Below, one piece after another: positions 34,049 through 43,726 of a stretch of DNA of 64,000 bases (positions within the stretch are counted from its first letter, which is position 1; each line of letters begins with the position of its first letter). A program made the position numbers and the translations under genes. This stretch comes from an uncultured Phycisphaerales bacterium (GTDB taxonomy: Bacteria > Planctomycetota > B15-G4 > CAYZWU01), in contig CAYZWU010000028.1 of the NCBI GenBank assembly GCA_964482235.1, forward strand, positions 6,645 to 70,644. The letters are read 5' to 3'. The notes under the pieces were generated by a model, which had not been told where the DNA came from, did no database searches, and saw only the letters and a list, made by a program, of their open reading frames with translations.

Positions 34049-36001
34049 ATGGAGTCAACGCCCGGCTCGAGGATTCGCTGTGGAAGCTGTCTCAGTTTCA
34101 ATGATGAAGACGCGAAGTACTGCTCCCAGTGCGGCCGCCCCCTGGATCGGCAGGCTGGAACCGCCGGATCGATCTGGAAAGTTCTCTTTCGCGGCGTGAT
34201 CCTCCTCTGCATCGCCACGGCCGCCGTGGCGGGCGGAATCTTTCTTCACGAGAAGTTCACGGCTGGTCCCGACGGAAAAACGCCTCCTCGAACAAAGGAG
34301 GACCGGACCTCTGCGGCCGGTCCGCGCCATCCCACCGAGAAGGTCGAGATCGGGGTATCGCAAAACAAGCCGGCCGAAGAGGGTGCAGCGGATCAGAAAA
34401 ACGCCGTCTCCCCGGAGGAAATCGTCGAGAAAACGGTTCGAGGTCTCCACATATTCACCGGGCGAAGCAGGAAGGGCGAGGTCGTCTCCCTCTGCACCGC
34501 CATGCGGCTCCCCTCGGGATTGGCCGTGCCGGCCGGGGCGATCGAGGGCTGCCACTCCGCCTGGGCCGCCGGCTGCCTCGGCAGCGGCTTCGAGGTCCGG
34601 ATGCTGCTTCTTTACGACCAGTTCACCGGAGGAGCCCTGATCGAGGCGCCCGGCAAGGGCGGCTCTCTCGCCTCTGCCGATCCGGCGTCGCTCGAGATGG
34701 GCGAGCGCCTCTACCTCGTCTCGCCGGCCAAGGAAGAGGGCGATCCCCTGGTGGTGCCGGGGATCTTCTGCGGCCGCACCTACGACTCCTCCACAGGCTC
34801 GCTCCGCTACATGGCCAAGGCGCAGGGACCGGGCGAGCTCGGTGCCGTCGTCGTGGACAGCCGGGCCCGCTTTCTGGGCCTCGTCCCGCCGGAAGCCGGG
34901 AAGGGGGAGGAGATCCTCTTCATCCCATCGGGATTGTTCGAGATCGGCAGCGGCGGTTCGATGATCTCCCTGGGCGACATCTACGTCCTCTACTATTCGG
35001 GGAGCTTCGAGGCCCTGGCCGCCGAAGCGCGCGAGCTCGTTGCGGAAGGGCGCCTCGAGGAAGCGATCGAGCGTTACGATCAGGCCCGTCTCCGCGACGC
35101 GCGGCAGGGCGCGGATCTCGATCCCGAGCTGCTCACCACGGTGCTCAAGCTGGCGGCCCGCCTGATGGAGCAAAGAAAACCGGCCGCGGCCCTCGAACAC
35201 TGCTCGCTCAAGGCAAACGAATTCCCCCTTTCCACCGAGCTGGCTGTTGTGGCTTTCCGGGCTGCCGTCAGGGCACGTGATTTCGCCGCTGCCGCGGGAT
35301 GGATGCAGCGGGTGGCCGGACTCGATGAAGAGCTCTACCTCGCCCTGGAGGGAGAGCACACGTCCCTCTACCTCGAGTGGGGCAAGGACCTCCTTCTCCG
35401 CGACGAGCGCCGGAGCGCCCTGAACGTCGTCCGCGAAGGGATCTCGTTCAGACCGGGAAGCGCCTCTCTCCACGAATCCCTGGGCAATCTCCTCAAAGCG
35501 CTTCGCGATTACGCCGGAGCGGCCGCCGCCTATCTCGACGCGATCCGGCTCGATCCCTCGCGGGGCGACGGCCTGTCGCCTCTGGTGGAGCGGTGCGCCG
35601 AACTGCAGGCCACGCCCGGCTCGGTGGTCCTCGACTTCGATCCGAAGAAGCACATCGACTGCATCGGATTGCTGGCCGGACGGGTGCGGACCGACTTCAT
35701 CGTGGACACCGGAGCGAGCTTCACCTCGATCCCCACCCGCGCGGCCGAGAGCCTGGGAATCCGGGTGGCCGGCGTGAGGGACCGCTCGTACATCATCACG
35801 GCCAACGGCAGGAAAGAGGTGCCGTACGTGAGAATCGACTCCCTCGACGTCGGCGGCCTCAGGGTGAAGAACATTCTCGTCCTGATCAACGACCTTCCCG
35901 ACCCCGACACGCGGTACGGTCTTCTCGGCCTGAACTTCCTCAAGCATTTCGATTACACGATCGACCACCAGTCGGGCCGCATGGTCCTCAAGCCGAAATG
36001 A
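34049..36001 (+). CDS. Zinc-ribbon/TM/trypsin-like/TPR/retropepsin-like aspartic protease fusion
   Basis: CGSC...CSQC zinc ribbon, one TM, TPRs, FIVDTGAS catalytic DTG (35705-35713) and LLGLNFL clan AA motif. Start ATG 34049 (GGAG RBS). Confidence 0.85.
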   Translation: MESTPGSRIRCGSCLSFNDEDAKYCSQCGRPLDRQAGTAGSIWKVLFRGVILLCIATAAVAGGIFLHEKFTAGPDGKTPPRTKEDRTSAAGPRHPTEKVEIGVSQNKPAEEGAADQKNAVSPEEIVEKTVRGLHIFTGRSRKGEVVSLCTAMRLPSGLAVPAGAIEGCHSAWAAGCLGSGFEVRMLLLYDQFTGGALIEAPGKGGSLASADPASLEMGERLYLVSPAKEEGDPLVVPGIFCGRTYDSSTGSLRYMAKAQGPGELGAVVVDSRARFLGLVPPEAGKGEEILFIPSGLFEIGSGGSMISLGDIYVLYYSGSFEALAAEARELVAEGRLEEAIERYDQARLRDARQGADLDPELLTTVLKLAARLMEQRKPAAALEHCSLKANEFPLSTELAVVAFRAAVRARDFAAAAGWMQRVAGLDEELYLALEGEHTSLYLEWGKDLLLRDERRSALNVVREGISFRPGSASLHESLGNLLKALRDYAGAAAAYLDAIRLDPSRGDGLSPLVERCAELQATPGSVVLDFDPKKHIDCIGLLAGRVRTDFIVDTGASFTSIPTRAAESLGIRVAGVRDRSYIITANGRKEVPYVRIDSLDVGGLRVKNILVLINDLPDPDTRYGLLGLNFLKHFDYTIDHQSGRMVLKPK

Positions 36002-36017
36002 AAGACCGGACAATCCC

Positions 36018-38753
36018 ATGGAAAAAAAACAGAACAAGAGGCTCTTCCTCGTCGACGGTACGGCGCTGGCCTATCGCTCCCACTTCGCCTTTGTCAGAAG
36101 GCCGCTGACCAACTCGAAGGGACGCGACGTGGGCGCCCTGTACGGCTACACGGGAACCCTGTTCCGGATTCTCAGGGAGGAGAAACCCGACTTCATCGCC
36201 GTGGCTTTCGACACGCCCCAGCCCACCTTCCGCCACGAGAAGTACGAGCTGTACAAGGCGACGCGGGAGAAGACGCCCGATGAGCTGATCGAGCAGCTTC
36301 CCGACATCAAGACGATCACCGAGGCGATGGGGATCCGGCAGATCGAGAAGCCGGGCTTCGAGGCGGACGACGTGATCGGGACGCTGGCGCGCCAGGGTGA
36401 AGAGGAGGGACTCGACGTCTTCATCGTCACGGGCGACAAGGATTTCATGCAGATCGTCTCCGACAGGGTGCAGATCTACAACATCATGCGCCCCGACAGC
36501 GACGTGACGATCCAGGGCATCGAGGCGGTCAGGGAGAAGTTCGGCGTGTTGCCAGACAGGCTGGTCGACGTGTTCGGCCTGATGGGCGATTCGTCGGACA
36601 ACGTACCGGGCGTGCCGGGAGTCGGTCTCAAGACAGCGATGAAGCTGATCCAGCAGTTCGGCAACCTCGAATCGGTCTACTCCAACCTCGACGAGGTGCC
36701 GGGCAACGCTCTGAGGAAGAAGATCGCCGACAACCGCGACCTGGCCTTCCTGTCGCGTGAGCTCGTGGTCATCCGCCTCGACACGCCGATCGACCTGACG
36801 GTCGACGAGCTCGAGCCTCAAGACGCGGACGGCGAGATCCTTCGCAACAAGATCATGGAGTGCGACTTCTCCAGCTATCTCCAGTATCTCGAAAGAGGCG
36901 TGGAGGAGAAAAGCGATGCCGGCGACCGCTGCTACATCCTGGTGAAGGACGAGAAAGCCTGCCGCGAGCTCCTGGACCGGATGAAGCGGTCGGGCTCCTT
37001 CGTCTTCGACCTGGAGACCACGTCGCTCGACACGCAGGAAGCCGACATCGTGGGAGCGTCCGTCGCGATCGAGGCGAAGGAGGCGTTCTACATTCCGGCC
37101 GATCGGAAGGGAGGCCTCTTCCCGGACGGGGAGAGCTACCCGATCGACATCTTTCTCGGCGGCCTGGCCGGGCTTCTCGCCGATCCCGCCGTCCAGGTGA
37201 CGGGCCAGAACATCAAGTACGACCTCGCCGTGCTGCGCCGCGCCGGCATCACGGAGATCCGGGCAGGCATCTTCGACACCATGGTGGCCCACTACCTCTG
37301 CCACCCCGGCGCGATGCAGCACGGGCTCGATTACCTGAGTCTCAAGTACCTCGGCCTGAAAAAAATTCCCACCTCGGACCTGATCGGCAAGGGCAAGAAG
37401 CAGATCAGCATGGCCGATGTCCCCGTCGAGAAGGTCTGCGAGTACGCCTGCGAGGATGCCGACGTCACTCTCCGGCTCCGGTCGATCATGGAGGAGGAGC
37501 TTAAGGAGCGCGACCTCGTCCCGCTCTTCCGCGATCTCGAGATGCCGCTCCTGCTCGTCCTGGAGGAGATGGAGCACGAGGGAGTCCGGCTCGACGAGAA
37601 GAAGCTCGAGAAGCTGGCCGCCGAGTACGGTAAGCGGATCGACAGCCTGACAGGAGAGATCTTCGATCTGGCGGGAGAGGAGTTCAACATCAACTCCACC
37701 AAGCAGCTCGGCCTGATCCTCTTCGAGAAGTTGAATGTGCACGAGGAGGTGGGCCTCAAGCGCGTGCCGCGAACCAAGACCGGCTACTCGACCAACGCCG
37801 CGGTCCTCGAGTCGATCTCCGGGCACCCGCTCGGGAAGCTCCTTCTCGAGTACCGCCGTCTCCAGAAGCTCAACTCCACCTACATCACCGCACTGCCCCG
37901 GCTGGTCAACGAGCGTTCGGGCTGCATCCATACCTCGTTCAACCAGGCCGTTGCGGCCACGGGCCGACTCTCCTCGTCCGATCCGAACCTGCAGAACATC
38001 CCCGTCCGGACGGATGAAGGACGCCGCATCCGCGAGGCCTTCATCCCGCGCCGCAGGGGCTGGCGCCTCCTCTCGGCCGACTATTCCCAGGTGGAGTTGC
38101 GGATCCTGGCCCACATCTCAAAGGACAAGAGCCTCAGGGAGGCGTTCAGGCGGGGCGAGGACATCCACAGGGGAACGGCGGCCCTGATCTTCGGCCTCGA
38201 GCCCGACGCCGTCACCCCGGAGAAGCGATCCCAGGCCAAGACGATCAACTTCGGGATCATCTACGGCATGGGGCCGCACCGCCTCTCGCGGGAGACGGGC
38301 ATCTCCTTCGGCGAGGCGAGGGAGTTCATCGAGGCCTACTTCCAGGCCTTCCCCGGTGTGAAGGAGTACATCGACTCCACGCTGGTCCTGGCACGGGAGA
38401 CGGGATACGTGGCCACGCTTCTCGGAAGAAAGCGGATCGTCGACGACATCCTCGCCGTGAACCAGCAGGTCCGGTCCAACGCCGAGAACATCGCGGTGAA
38501 CACGCCGATCCAGGGGACGGCGGCGGACCTGATCAAGAAGGCGATGATCGAGATCCAGGCCGCGCTGAAGGAAAACGAGCTCGAGGCGAAGATGATCCTC
38601 CAGGTCCACGACGAGCTGGTCTTCGACCTACCGATCGAGGAGGTCGACCGCGTCACCAGGCTCGTCAAGGAGAAGATGGAAGGCGCCCTCGACCTGGCCG
38701 TCCCCCTGGTTGTCGACGTGGGACTGGGGAAGGACTGGCTCGAGGCCCATTGA
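36018..38753 (+). CDS. polA: DNA polymerase I
   Basis: 5'-3' exonuclease (LVDG, EADDVIGT, GDKD); 3'-5' exonuclease with acidic residues retained (DLETT, KYD, YACEDAD); polymerase motifs (DYSQVELR, KTINFGIIYG, QVHDEL). Confidence 0.99.
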   Translation: MEKKQNKRLFLVDGTALAYRSHFAFVRRPLTNSKGRDVGALYGYTGTLFRILREEKPDFIAVAFDTPQPTFRHEKYELYKATREKTPDELIEQLPDIKTITEAMGIRQIEKPGFEADDVIGTLARQGEEEGLDVFIVTGDKDFMQIVSDRVQIYNIMRPDSDVTIQGIEAVREKFGVLPDRLVDVFGLMGDSSDNVPGVPGVGLKTAMKLIQQFGNLESVYSNLDEVPGNALRKKIADNRDLAFLSRELVVIRLDTPIDLTVDELEPQDADGEILRNKIMECDFSSYLQYLERGVEEKSDAGDRCYILVKDEKACRELLDRMKRSGSFVFDLETTSLDTQEADIVGASVAIEAKEAFYIPADRKGGLFPDGESYPIDIFLGGLAGLLADPAVQVTGQNIKYDLAVLRRAGITEIRAGIFDTMVAHYLCHPGAMQHGLDYLSLKYLGLKKIPTSDLIGKGKKQISMADVPVEKVCEYACEDADVTLRLRSIMEEELKERDLVPLFRDLEMPLLLVLEEMEHEGVRLDEKKLEKLAAEYGKRIDSLTGEIFDLAGEEFNINSTKQLGLILFEKLNVHEEVGLKRVPRTKTGYSTNAAVLESISGHPLGKLLLEYRRLQKLNSTYITALPRLVNERSGCIHTSFNQAVAATGRLSSSDPNLQNIPVRTDEGRRIREAFIPRRRGWRLLSADYSQVELRILAHISKDKSLREAFRRGEDIHRGTAALIFGLEPDAVTPEKRSQAKTINFGIIYGMGPHRLSRETGISFGEAREFIEAYFQAFPGVKEYIDSTLVLARETGYVATLLGRKRIVDDILAVNQQVRSNAENIAVNTPIQGTAADLIKKAMIEIQAALKENELEAKMILQVHDELVFDLPIEEVDRVTRLVKEKMEGALDLAVPLVVDVGLGKDWLEAH

Positions 38754-38765
38754 TCCCTGCTTCTC

Positions 38766-40061
38766 TCAGAGACCGCGAACAGGCCCCTGACCGTCCAGGT
38801 AGGCCGGCTGCCCCCCCACAAGCGTGGCGGCCACTCGGCCGGTGAGCTCCATGCCGATGTAAGGCGAAAGCGAGGCCCGGGAGAGAAAATCCTCCTGGCT
38901 CACCATCCACCTGGCCTCGAGATCGACGAGCACGATGTTGGCCGCCCACCCCTCCTCGATCCTCCCCGCGTCCATCAGTCCATGAATCCTGGCCGGATTG
39001 GCGGAGGAGAGCTTCACGATCTCGTCGAGGGTGAAATGCCCCCGGTCGACCAGGGTGGTCAGAAGGGGCAGCAGAAGATCGGAGGAGGAGATGCCGGCCG
39101 GCACCTTGGCGAAGGGGCGCTCCTTCTCCTCGGGCCTGTGGGGGGCGTGGTCCGTGGAGATGATCTCGATCACGCCGGTCTTGAGTCCCTCGAGGATCCG
39201 ACGCCTGTCCGCCTCGCCCCGGATCGGAGGAAACACCTTGAACAGGGCTCCGCGCTCCGCCACGTCGCTGTCGGTGAAGTAGAGATAGTGCGGGCAGGTG
39301 CTGGCCGTCACATCGGCGCCCTCGGCGCGGGCGTCGGAGATCAGGTCGACGGCGCCGGCCGTGCTCACGTGAAAGACATGGAGCCGGGTTCCGTACTCGT
39401 GGGCCAGCCTGAGAGCCCGCCGCACGGCGTGGATCTCGGCCGTCGGAGGACGGGACCGCGAGAAGAGAGCCGGTTTCCCGCCGTCGTAACGCCCGGCAGC
39501 CTCGCGGATCAGGCGGCCGTCCTCGGCGTGGACGATGAGGAGAAAGCCGAGTCGGGTGCAGGCCTGGAAATAGGGCCGCATGCTCTCCTCCCCCATCACG
39601 CCGTCGTCGGCATGGGACGGCGCCATGAAGAGCTTGAGCCCGGCCGTCATCTCGGAAACCTCTTCCATCGCCTCGAGCGTCTCCGGCACGGCGCTGGCAT
39701 AGAGAGCCACGTTGACCTTCGATTTCCTGGCTATGAGCTCCTTCTTCTCTCGGATCAGTTCGGGCGTTGTGAGAAGGGGAAGGCTGTTCTGCACCTCGAG
39801 AACCGTGGCGGCCCCGCCGTGGGCGGCCGCCGACGAGCCGGACCGGAAATCCTCCTTCTCCTCCGCGCCGGGCTCGCGAAAATGGACATGATTGTCCACC
39901 AGCGCCGGCAGGGCCACGAGCCCGTGACAGTCAACCTCCCGGCCGAGAAGGCCGTCAAAGGAGCCGATCCGCTCCACGGCATTGCCGGCTACGGAGATCT
40001 TTCCGTCCTCGAGCCGGCCATCCACGGAAAGCCTGAGGTTCGTCAAAGTGAATTCGTTCAT
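38766..40061 (-). CDS. pyrC: Dihydroorotase-like amidohydrolase (cyclic amidohydrolase family)
   Basis: HVHFREPG, KLFM, HAED, HVST, TCPHYL and STDHAPH motifs. An allantoinase-like activity is not excluded. Confidence 0.75.
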   Translation of the reverse strand: MNEFTLTNLRLSVDGRLEDGKISVAGNAVERIGSFDGLLGREVDCHGLVALPALVDNHVHFREPGAEEKEDFRSGSSAAAHGGAATVLEVQNSLPLLTTPELIREKKELIARKSKVNVALYASAVPETLEAMEEVSEMTAGLKLFMAPSHADDGVMGEESMRPYFQACTRLGFLLIVHAEDGRLIREAAGRYDGGKPALFSRSRPPTAEIHAVRRALRLAHEYGTRLHVFHVSTAGAVDLISDARAEGADVTASTCPHYLYFTDSDVAERGALFKVFPPIRGEADRRRILEGLKTGVIEIISTDHAPHRPEEKERPFAKVPAGISSSDLLLPLLTTLVDRGHFTLDEIVKLSSANPARIHGLMDAGRIEEGWAANIVLVDLEARWMVSQEDFLSRASLSPYIGMELTGRVAATLVGGQPAYLDGQGPVRGL

Positions 40062-40070
40062 GGGAAACCT

Positions 40071-41414
40071 TTACCGGGTGACCTTCACGATTGAGAGGGT
40101 GAGGTCGTCGCCCTCATCGTCCTCGCTGACAAACTCGCTTACCGCCTCGAAGACCGTGTCGATCAGGCGGGCGGCGGAAAGGTCGTAGTCCCTTTTCAGG
40201 ATCTCCTGCAGCCTCTCGATGCCGAACATTTCCCCGTTCTTCTGAGCCTCGAGAATGCCGTCGGTGTAGAGGGCGAGGAGATCGCCCGGATTGACGGAAA
40301 CGCTCCGCGCCGGGGCGAAAGGGATATCCGGGTCGATGCCGAGGGCCATCCCCGTTCTCTTGAGCTCCTCGAACCGCCCCGTGTCGCCGCGGAGCAGAAG
40401 CGGAGGGCAGTGCCCCGCATTGCCGTACACGAAACGCTTCTCATTCAGGTCGAGAACGCCGAGGAAGAGGGAGACGAACATCCCCTCGTCCATGTCCTCC
40501 GAGAGGCGCTGGTTGAGGAATTCGAGGGCGGCGTCGATGCTGAAATCCTTCAGGAGCATGGCTCGGATCAGCGAGCGGACGCTCGACATCAGGATCGAGG
40601 GACCCACGCCATGCCCCGTCACGTCGCCGACGACGATGCCGAGCCGGTTGCTGTCGATGGCGATGTAGTCGTAATAGTCGCCTGCCGTCACCTCGACCGC
40701 CTTGAGGCGTCCGGCGATGTCGAATCCGTCGAGCCCCGTTGGATTGTCGGGGAGCAGGCCTTTCTGGATCGACCGGGCGATCTCGAGGGATTGCTGCATT
40801 CGCTCGGACTTGACGTACTCCGCCACGAGGCGCGAGTTCTCGATCGTGATGGCCATGGCATTGGCCAGGGCGTCGAAGAACTTCAGATCCGAACGCCGGA
40901 ACTCCCGTTCCGAGGCGCGGGAATCGACGTAGATCACACCCAGGATCTCGTCCCGGACGGAGAGGGTCACGCACATCACGGCCCGAAGCTTGAGATCCAC
41001 GATCGACTGGGAGAGGTCCGCCGTTTCCGTGGTGCTCACCTTGAGGAGGACCGGCTTGCCCTTGGAGTAGACCTCGTTGACCACCTTGGTCGAGTACTGG
41101 ATATCGCCTTTCAGATCGCATCCCGCCGCGTTCCTGGCCACCCGGATCGAGAGTTTCCCGCCCTTCTCCTTCAGGAAAAGGAGGCCTCTCTCCGCGTCGG
41201 CCAGCCGGATGCAGCGATCCACGATCGAGACGAGCAGGCGTTGCGGATCCATGGACGAGATCAGCTCGGCCATGGTATCCATCAGCAGCTTGATCTTGGC
41301 GGAATCGACCGCGCCGTCTCCGGTCAGGAAAACGGCGGATTCGGAGGAAGGGGGACTAGGGCTGTCCCGATCTTCATCGTCTTCCTTACGCCCTCCAAAA
41401 AAGAATTTCTTCAT
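40071..41414 (-). CDS. GAF-domain PP2C/SpoIIE (RsbU-like) phosphatase
   Basis: GAF (LRAVMCVTL...GVIYVD), then GDYYD, VGDVTGHG, LYTDG and DDLT motifs. Confidence 0.92.
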   Translation of the reverse strand: MKKFFFGGRKEDDEDRDSPSPPSSESAVFLTGDGAVDSAKIKLLMDTMAELISSMDPQRLLVSIVDRCIRLADAERGLLFLKEKGGKLSIRVARNAAGCDLKGDIQYSTKVVNEVYSKGKPVLLKVSTTETADLSQSIVDLKLRAVMCVTLSVRDEILGVIYVDSRASEREFRRSDLKFFDALANAMAITIENSRLVAEYVKSERMQQSLEIARSIQKGLLPDNPTGLDGFDIAGRLKAVEVTAGDYYDYIAIDSNRLGIVVGDVTGHGVGPSILMSSVRSLIRAMLLKDFSIDAALEFLNQRLSEDMDEGMFVSLFLGVLDLNEKRFVYGNAGHCPPLLLRGDTGRFEELKRTGMALGIDPDIPFAPARSVSVNPGDLLALYTDGILEAQKNGEMFGIERLQEILKRDYDLSAARLIDTVFEAVSEFVSEDDEGDDLTLSIVKVTR

Positions 41415-41563
41415 CCTGCACTCCTGAAAGAACCGCTGGCAATCCCCGCCGATCGGTCGGGGATCGGGCTGCCGGCAGCCCGGGTGGCGATTTCAAGACC
41501 TTTGCGTCAGCCGCTCATCATAGCGAGAAAAGGAGATGAAGGCAACGAATCCAGCACCTCGCA

Positions 41564-42376
41564 TCATGTGGCAGCCGCCGCCGCAAAAACGGAAGCGATT
41601 CCGGCCGAGTGAAGGGCCGCGGCACAGAGGTCGATGGTGGATGCCGTCGACACCACGTCGTCGACGAGCAGCAGCCGGCGATGGGAGAAAAGGCAGGCCT
41701 TCCTCGTGTGCCTGAAGGCTCCCAGGAGGTTGGCGCGCCTTTCCTCTCCGCCCCTCTTTCCCTGGGGCGGCGTGAAACGGACACGCCGGACCAGCCCGTC
41801 CTGAAAGGGCAGCCCAAGCTCCCGGGCTACCACGCGGGCGATCAACCCTGCCTGGTTGTACCCCCTCCGGAGCCTCTTGAGCGGATGAAGCGGAACCGGG
41901 GTGACGCAGTGGGCACTCCCATCGCCGAGGACGCGGCCGGCAGCCAGCGCGGCAAGCCGACCCAGCGGAATCGACGCCCGCCGCTCCCGGGAAAACTTGA
42001 GACGGTGCACCAGGTCCTTCACGGGCCCGGAGTAGGCCGCTCCGGCGGCGCACCGGAAGAAAAAAAAGCCGGAGCCTTCCCGAATAAGTCCGGGATCACA
42101 CCGGTCGCTGCGATGATGTCTAAGCAGCTCGCTGCATCGGCGGCAGGAGAGAGAATCTCCTCTCTGTTCCTTTTCGCCGCACTGCGGGCAGGCTTCGGAC
42201 CCGATGATCCGGATCGCGGCCAGGCACCTCGCGCAGAACAGCCCGGCCAGCGGTGGCTCATGCTCGACGGGCGCCCCCCCGCATGAGAAGCAGACCGGTG
42301 GAAAGAGGATGTCGCGCAGCCCTGCCAGGATCGTCGAGCCTGATATCAGCCGTGAAAGAAAACGATGAGCCTGCAT
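41564..42376 (-). CDS. comF: ComF-family protein (double zinc ribbon + PRTase-like)
   Basis: Four CxxC pairs, PVPLH, RRGYNQA, RRANLLGAF and LLVDDV motifs. Confidence 0.88.
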   Translation of the reverse strand: MQAHRFLSRLISGSTILAGLRDILFPPVCFSCGGAPVEHEPPLAGLFCARCLAAIRIIGSEACPQCGEKEQRGDSLSCRRCSELLRHHRSDRCDPGLIREGSGFFFFRCAAGAAYSGPVKDLVHRLKFSRERRASIPLGRLAALAAGRVLGDGSAHCVTPVPLHPLKRLRRGYNQAGLIARVVARELGLPFQDGLVRRVRFTPPQGKRGGEERRANLLGAFRHTRKACLFSHRRLLLVDDVVSTASTIDLCAAALHSAGIASVFAAAAAT

Positions 42377-42546
42377 GCCGTGCAAGACGGAGAAGGGTTT
42401 TCCTGGTTACAGAATGGGATTCTTCAGGATCTGTGGTGTTCGTCGTCACCGGCTGTGTGGATTGTGGGCATGCCTACCGTTATTCCGGATCGGAAACGGG
42501 AGCGGGAACGGGAAAAGAAACCAGAAAACAAGGACAGCTGAGCGTA

Positions 42547-43194
42547 TCAGCCGATCCGCGGAGGTGTGGCGGGATGCACCTGCTCCTGCTTCGACGGCGT
42601 CTTGATCCGCCCGGCCTTGAGGCGATCCTGGGACGATCCTGCCGCCTTGCTGTCGCTCTCCATGGGGATATGGAGAGTCTCCATGATCTTGACCACGTAG
42701 TCCTCGATCGAATCATCCCTGTTGCGGGGGATCTTCAGGAGTTCCCCCACTTCCCTGGCCACCTGGACGTTCTTCATGAGATCGATCTGATGCTCCCGGA
42801 AGAACTCGATGAGAAGGTGCTTGAATGTCACACGGGTCCAGGCGAACTGGACGATCTTCAGGACCAGTGTCAGCAGCACGGTGGAGACGACAAGGATCAG
42901 GGCGATGGTAAGCAGGTTGGGCTGGATTGCGGTGCTGGTGGACTTCGTTTTCTCGGCCAGGTATATCCAGATCAGCGTCCCGTACCCTGCGATGAGAAAT
43001 GTGAAACCGATGTAGACCTGGATCTTGTTGAGCACATGCTCGCGGATCTTGCGCAGCGGCAGCGCCTTCTCCACGCCGAAATACTCGTGCAGCGATCGCT
43101 TGGGACGCTTGAAGGTGATGCTGTTCGCAAGGAAGAAAATCCCCACGATGTTGAGGGTCAGGCCGATGACATGCCAGTCGAGGGTTTCCAACAT
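42547..43194 (-). CDS. Hypothetical membrane protein (3 TM)
   Basis: 215-aa ORF with three hydrophobic segments and host-like codon usage. Confidence 0.8.
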   Translation of the reverse strand: MLETLDWHVIGLTLNIVGIFFLANSITFKRPKRSLHEYFGVEKALPLRKIREHVLNKIQVYIGFTFLIAGYGTLIWIYLAEKTKSTSTAIQPNLLTIALILVVSTVLLTLVLKIVQFAWTRVTFKHLLIEFFREHQIDLMKNVQVAREVGELLKIPRNRDDSIEDYVVKIMETLHIPMESDSKAAGSSQDRLKAGRIKTPSKQEQVHPATPPRIG

Positions 43195-43362
43195 GAATCA
43201 ATAAACCTCATACGTATCGATCCCAGCTCTGATCATCCCAAAGATCCCCAAGGGCGGCGATTCAGGCTGGCGTTCTTCACTCGATTCTAGGTCGCTATCA
43301 TCAGGCATGCCCTGTCCTGACGTCAACCCGATTTCACTCGAATCACACTCATCTCCTCGGTA

Positions 43363-43390
43363 TTGACAACGCCCCCCCGCCTTTGATATT
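43363..43390 (+). promoter_or_regulatory. Possible sigma70 promoter for gatCAB
   Basis: Perfect TTGACA at 43363-43368 with GATATT 16 bp downstream, about 50 bp before gatC. Confidence 0.35.
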
Positions 43391-43441
43391 CCATTATTAC
43401 CTTGAAAGAAAAGGGGTTAGAGTCTCAGCAGGAGCCCCGTC

Positions 43442-43726
43442 TTGATCGAAAAGAAAACAGTCCGCCACGTGGCCAAACTGGCGAGGTTGGGGATCGGCGA
43501 GAAAGAGCTCGAAGAGTACGCTGCTCAGCTGGAACGAATCCTCGCCCACCTCTCCTCCATCAGCGAGATCGATACCGAGTCCGTCGCTCCGCTGAGCCAT
43601 CCTCTCGAAACGGAAGGCTCTCTCCGCGAAGACCGCGCTGAACCGTCGCTTCCCCGCTCCGCCCTCACGGCCAACACGAGGCATGCCCATGAAGGCTTCT
43701 ACAGGGTGAAGAAGGTGCTCGAATGA
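43442..43726 (+). CDS. gatC: Asp/Glu-tRNA amidotransferase subunit C
   Basis: VRHVAKLARL, LSHP and LREDR motifs; TTG start; ATGA overlap with gatA. Confidence 0.93.
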   Translation: MIEKKTVRHVAKLARLGIGEKELEEYAAQLERILAHLSSISEIDTESVAPLSHPLETEGSLREDRAEPSLPRSALTANTRHAHEGFYRVKKVLE

